A DNA stretch of 22,416 nucleotides from Octopus sinensis. Taxonomy: Eukaryota. The translations under genes and the position numbers were made by a program. The stretch lies in NCBI RefSeq assembly GCF_006345805.1, contig NW_021836946.1, forward strand, positions 1 through 22,416, in the 5' to 3' direction. Of the stretch, positions 20,336 through 22,416 are shown in pieces. Position 1 is the stretch's first letter. Each line of letters starts with the position of its first letter. The notes beneath the pieces are model-generated. The model saw only the letters and a list, made by a program, of their open reading frames with translations, had not been told where the DNA came from and ran no database searches.

Positions 20336-20762
20336 GGAGCAGGCGTTGCCTATGTCAAGAAGTTTGCTTTCCAACCACATCATTAAGGGTTCAATCTCAC
20401 AGGGTGGTACTTTGGACCGAAACTCTGTGAATGAAGGATTTGGTAGATGGAAACTGATAGAATCCCCTCATATATATTTATAAGACTTGTGTGTGTGTGT
20501 ATGTGCATACGTATGTGTGTCGGTATGTCTCTGTGTGTGTAGACCTTTGACACTGTGTTGCCCCCCCCCACCACCACATGACCAACTTGGCAACTGGTGT
20601 TCGATTCTTCACAACACCGTTACCTAGCGCTTCGGTAAAAATACAACGATAAAATAAGTCTCAGGCTTGAAATTTTGTTTTAGGATCGGCCTGATCAAGA
20701 AAAAACATTCAAGGTGGTACCCCAGCATCTCCGAAGTCCATTGACTGAAACAACTAAAAGAC
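20336..20762 (+). mobile_element. Degenerate tRNA-derived SINE with CR1-like 3' tail
   Basis: B-box-like GGGTTCAATCTC (~20387-20398), internal (TG)n, and a tail GGTGGTACCCCAGCAT...CTGAAAC similar to the LINE tail at 17298-17336. Followed by (CA)n at 20766-20808. Confidence 0.65.
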
Positions 20763-20816
<54 letters not shown>

Positions 20817-21145
20817 CGCACTTTTACGTACATATGCCGAAGCAATAAAATATTCTCTACATGTCGGTATATGTTATTTGTATTTTGCCTCCACTTTTGT
20901 TTTATTTCTTTTTGACATTTTTTGTCTCGTTGCTCTTTTATATATTTATCTTTTAAAGTATTGTTGCTCACGTGCTTTATTTATTTAGCGTGACAGTCAA
21001 AATAAGTATACATTCAGTGAAAATGCACATGTGGGTATATTTATTTATGAGGATATGTATATTGTATGTGTGTGAGTTTTAAAATGTGATGCGTGTATAT
21101 TCAATGAATTTCGCATATTCTTTTCTTTTCTACTTTTCAAAACCT

Positions 21146-21229
21146 GAAATTTTTGGAGAGGGGCCCAGTCGATTAAATCGACCTCGGTGGAATTTGAACT
21201 CAGAACGTAGAGACAGACGAAATACCGCT
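21146..21229 (-). mobile_element. Internally deleted fragment of the 6508-6722 SINE family
   Basis: Shares GTCGATTA.ATCGACC and GGTGGAATTTGAACTCAGAACGTA with the 6.5-kb copy. Confidence 0.75.
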
Positions 21230-21671
21230 TATACATATCCACATAATCGGTATTAACATAAGCAGACGGGTATAGTAAACACATATACACAGATACAAAT
21301 ACACCCGCACGCACACCCCCCCCCCACACATGCACATGCATACACATTCTCTACTGACAAGACTTCCACTAGAATCGAAACCAGTCAATGAATCTGTTTT
21401 CTGTTGTGGAAGAGATAATTATGCAATATTTGTTTACATTCATCCACGTATATTAGATTAAATATATGAGAGACTGCTGAAATTTGTCTTGATTATCAAA
21501 AGCTACTAATTGAGATTTTCCAACTTACGATATTTAGTATATTATTAATGAACTGTCTTGGTTACTAACGAAATTTTTAGTTTGAAAACCGGATGAACCC
21601 GTTTAGTAAAGTCATGACTATAAATAGTTATCAGTAATGCTTCTGTCCACGAGTAGATGAAATACAGATCT

Positions 21672-21716
21672 TAGTCTCTGATGATCACTCCGATGAGAGA
21701 CGAAACCAGTCGGATC
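21672..21716 (+). ncRNA. Degenerate minimal hammerhead-like motif
   Basis: TAGTCT-CTGATGA-TCACTC-CGAT-GAGAGA-C-GAAA-C-CA-G-TC-GGAT. The G10.1 position is missing, loop 3 is not palindromic and stem I is weak. Confidence 0.4.
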
Positions 21717-22009
21717 GACCCCCCCTCCTTTTATTTTCTATTTCCCCAACCGCATTCTGAAGAAATTATACATTTGTAAACATTTATCGAATTTATTAGA
21801 TTGCATATCATAGTGATGGCTAAAACTGTTATAATTTATCAATAGACATTTTTTACCATATATTTCGCATACGGAGATCAGCTGTTAGAACTTTTATTAA
21901 CATTTAGGGTAACAAGATTGGGTGCACGTAGTGTTGAATTTACAGCACGATGAAGCAACACATAACTGTCATTTGTTGGTTGTATATTGTGAATATGTAT
22001 ATATATGCA

Positions 22010-22012
<3 letters not shown>

Positions 22013-22075
<63 letters not shown>
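22013..22075. repeat. (TC)n(TA)n microsatellite
   Basis: Direct reading. Confidence 0.95.
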
Positions 22076-22077
<2 letters not shown>

Positions 22078-22103
22078 CATTCCCTGACCGCATTCACAAG
22101 ACC

Positions 22104-22416
22104 TTCATTACGGAATAACTCAAGTTCATTCTGACAAACAATTATTTCCTCTTCGAAAACACACACTACCGTCAAAAATGTGCACCAGTCCTTGCGAACC
22201 TCATAATGGGTTTCTTCGAACTATCATTTTATGAGATATCATGCCAGAAATTTGAACACTTTTTCCACATCTACTTAATGGAAAACTGGAAGAGATACTT
22301 AGATGATTGTTTCATCATATGGAAAGAATCTTATGAAAAGCTTCTGGAATTCAAAACTACACTGAACAACATACATCCCAACATTCAGTTCACTATGGAA
22401 TTCAGCAAACATCATC
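22104..22416 (+). pseudogene. Second Penelope-like RT fragment (different family), cut by window end
   Basis: LKFILTNNYFLFENTHYRQK-CAPVLANLIMGFFE, then after a frameshift WKRYLDDCFIIW..LNNIHPNIQFTME. Not in the ORF track. Confidence 0.85.

Overview
AT-rich, repeat-saturated eukaryotic (metazoan) DNA with no recognisable host gene. The SINE and repeat families look Octopus/cephalopod-like, which is my recognition and not a database result. The window is a mosaic of decayed retroelements in microsatellites. (1) An R4/Dong-like RLE non-LTR element between (TAA)n tracts (4.0-6.3 kb). (2) A ~4.8 kb minus-strand Penelope-like element (PLE; RT plus GIY-YIG, Naiad-like motifs) with two long Asn-rich linkers, an apparent ~2.2 kb 3' region and a type I hammerhead ribozyme with an 85-nt stem II. 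It is bracketed by a 152/153-bp inverted duplication. (3) A mini insert with a perfect 28-bp palindrome and a degenerate hammerhead. (4) A near full-length CR1-clade LINE with a CCCH finger in ORF1, whose 3' tail matches a SINE in the same window. (5) A Helitron-like 3' terminus and a HINE/DINE-like element. (6) A stack of 5'-truncated RLE retrotransposon ends in a (TATG)n array. (7) A third degenerate hammerhead and the start of a second PLE RT at the window end. All long ORFs carry stops or frameshifts. Most short ORFs in the track are microsatellite artefacts.
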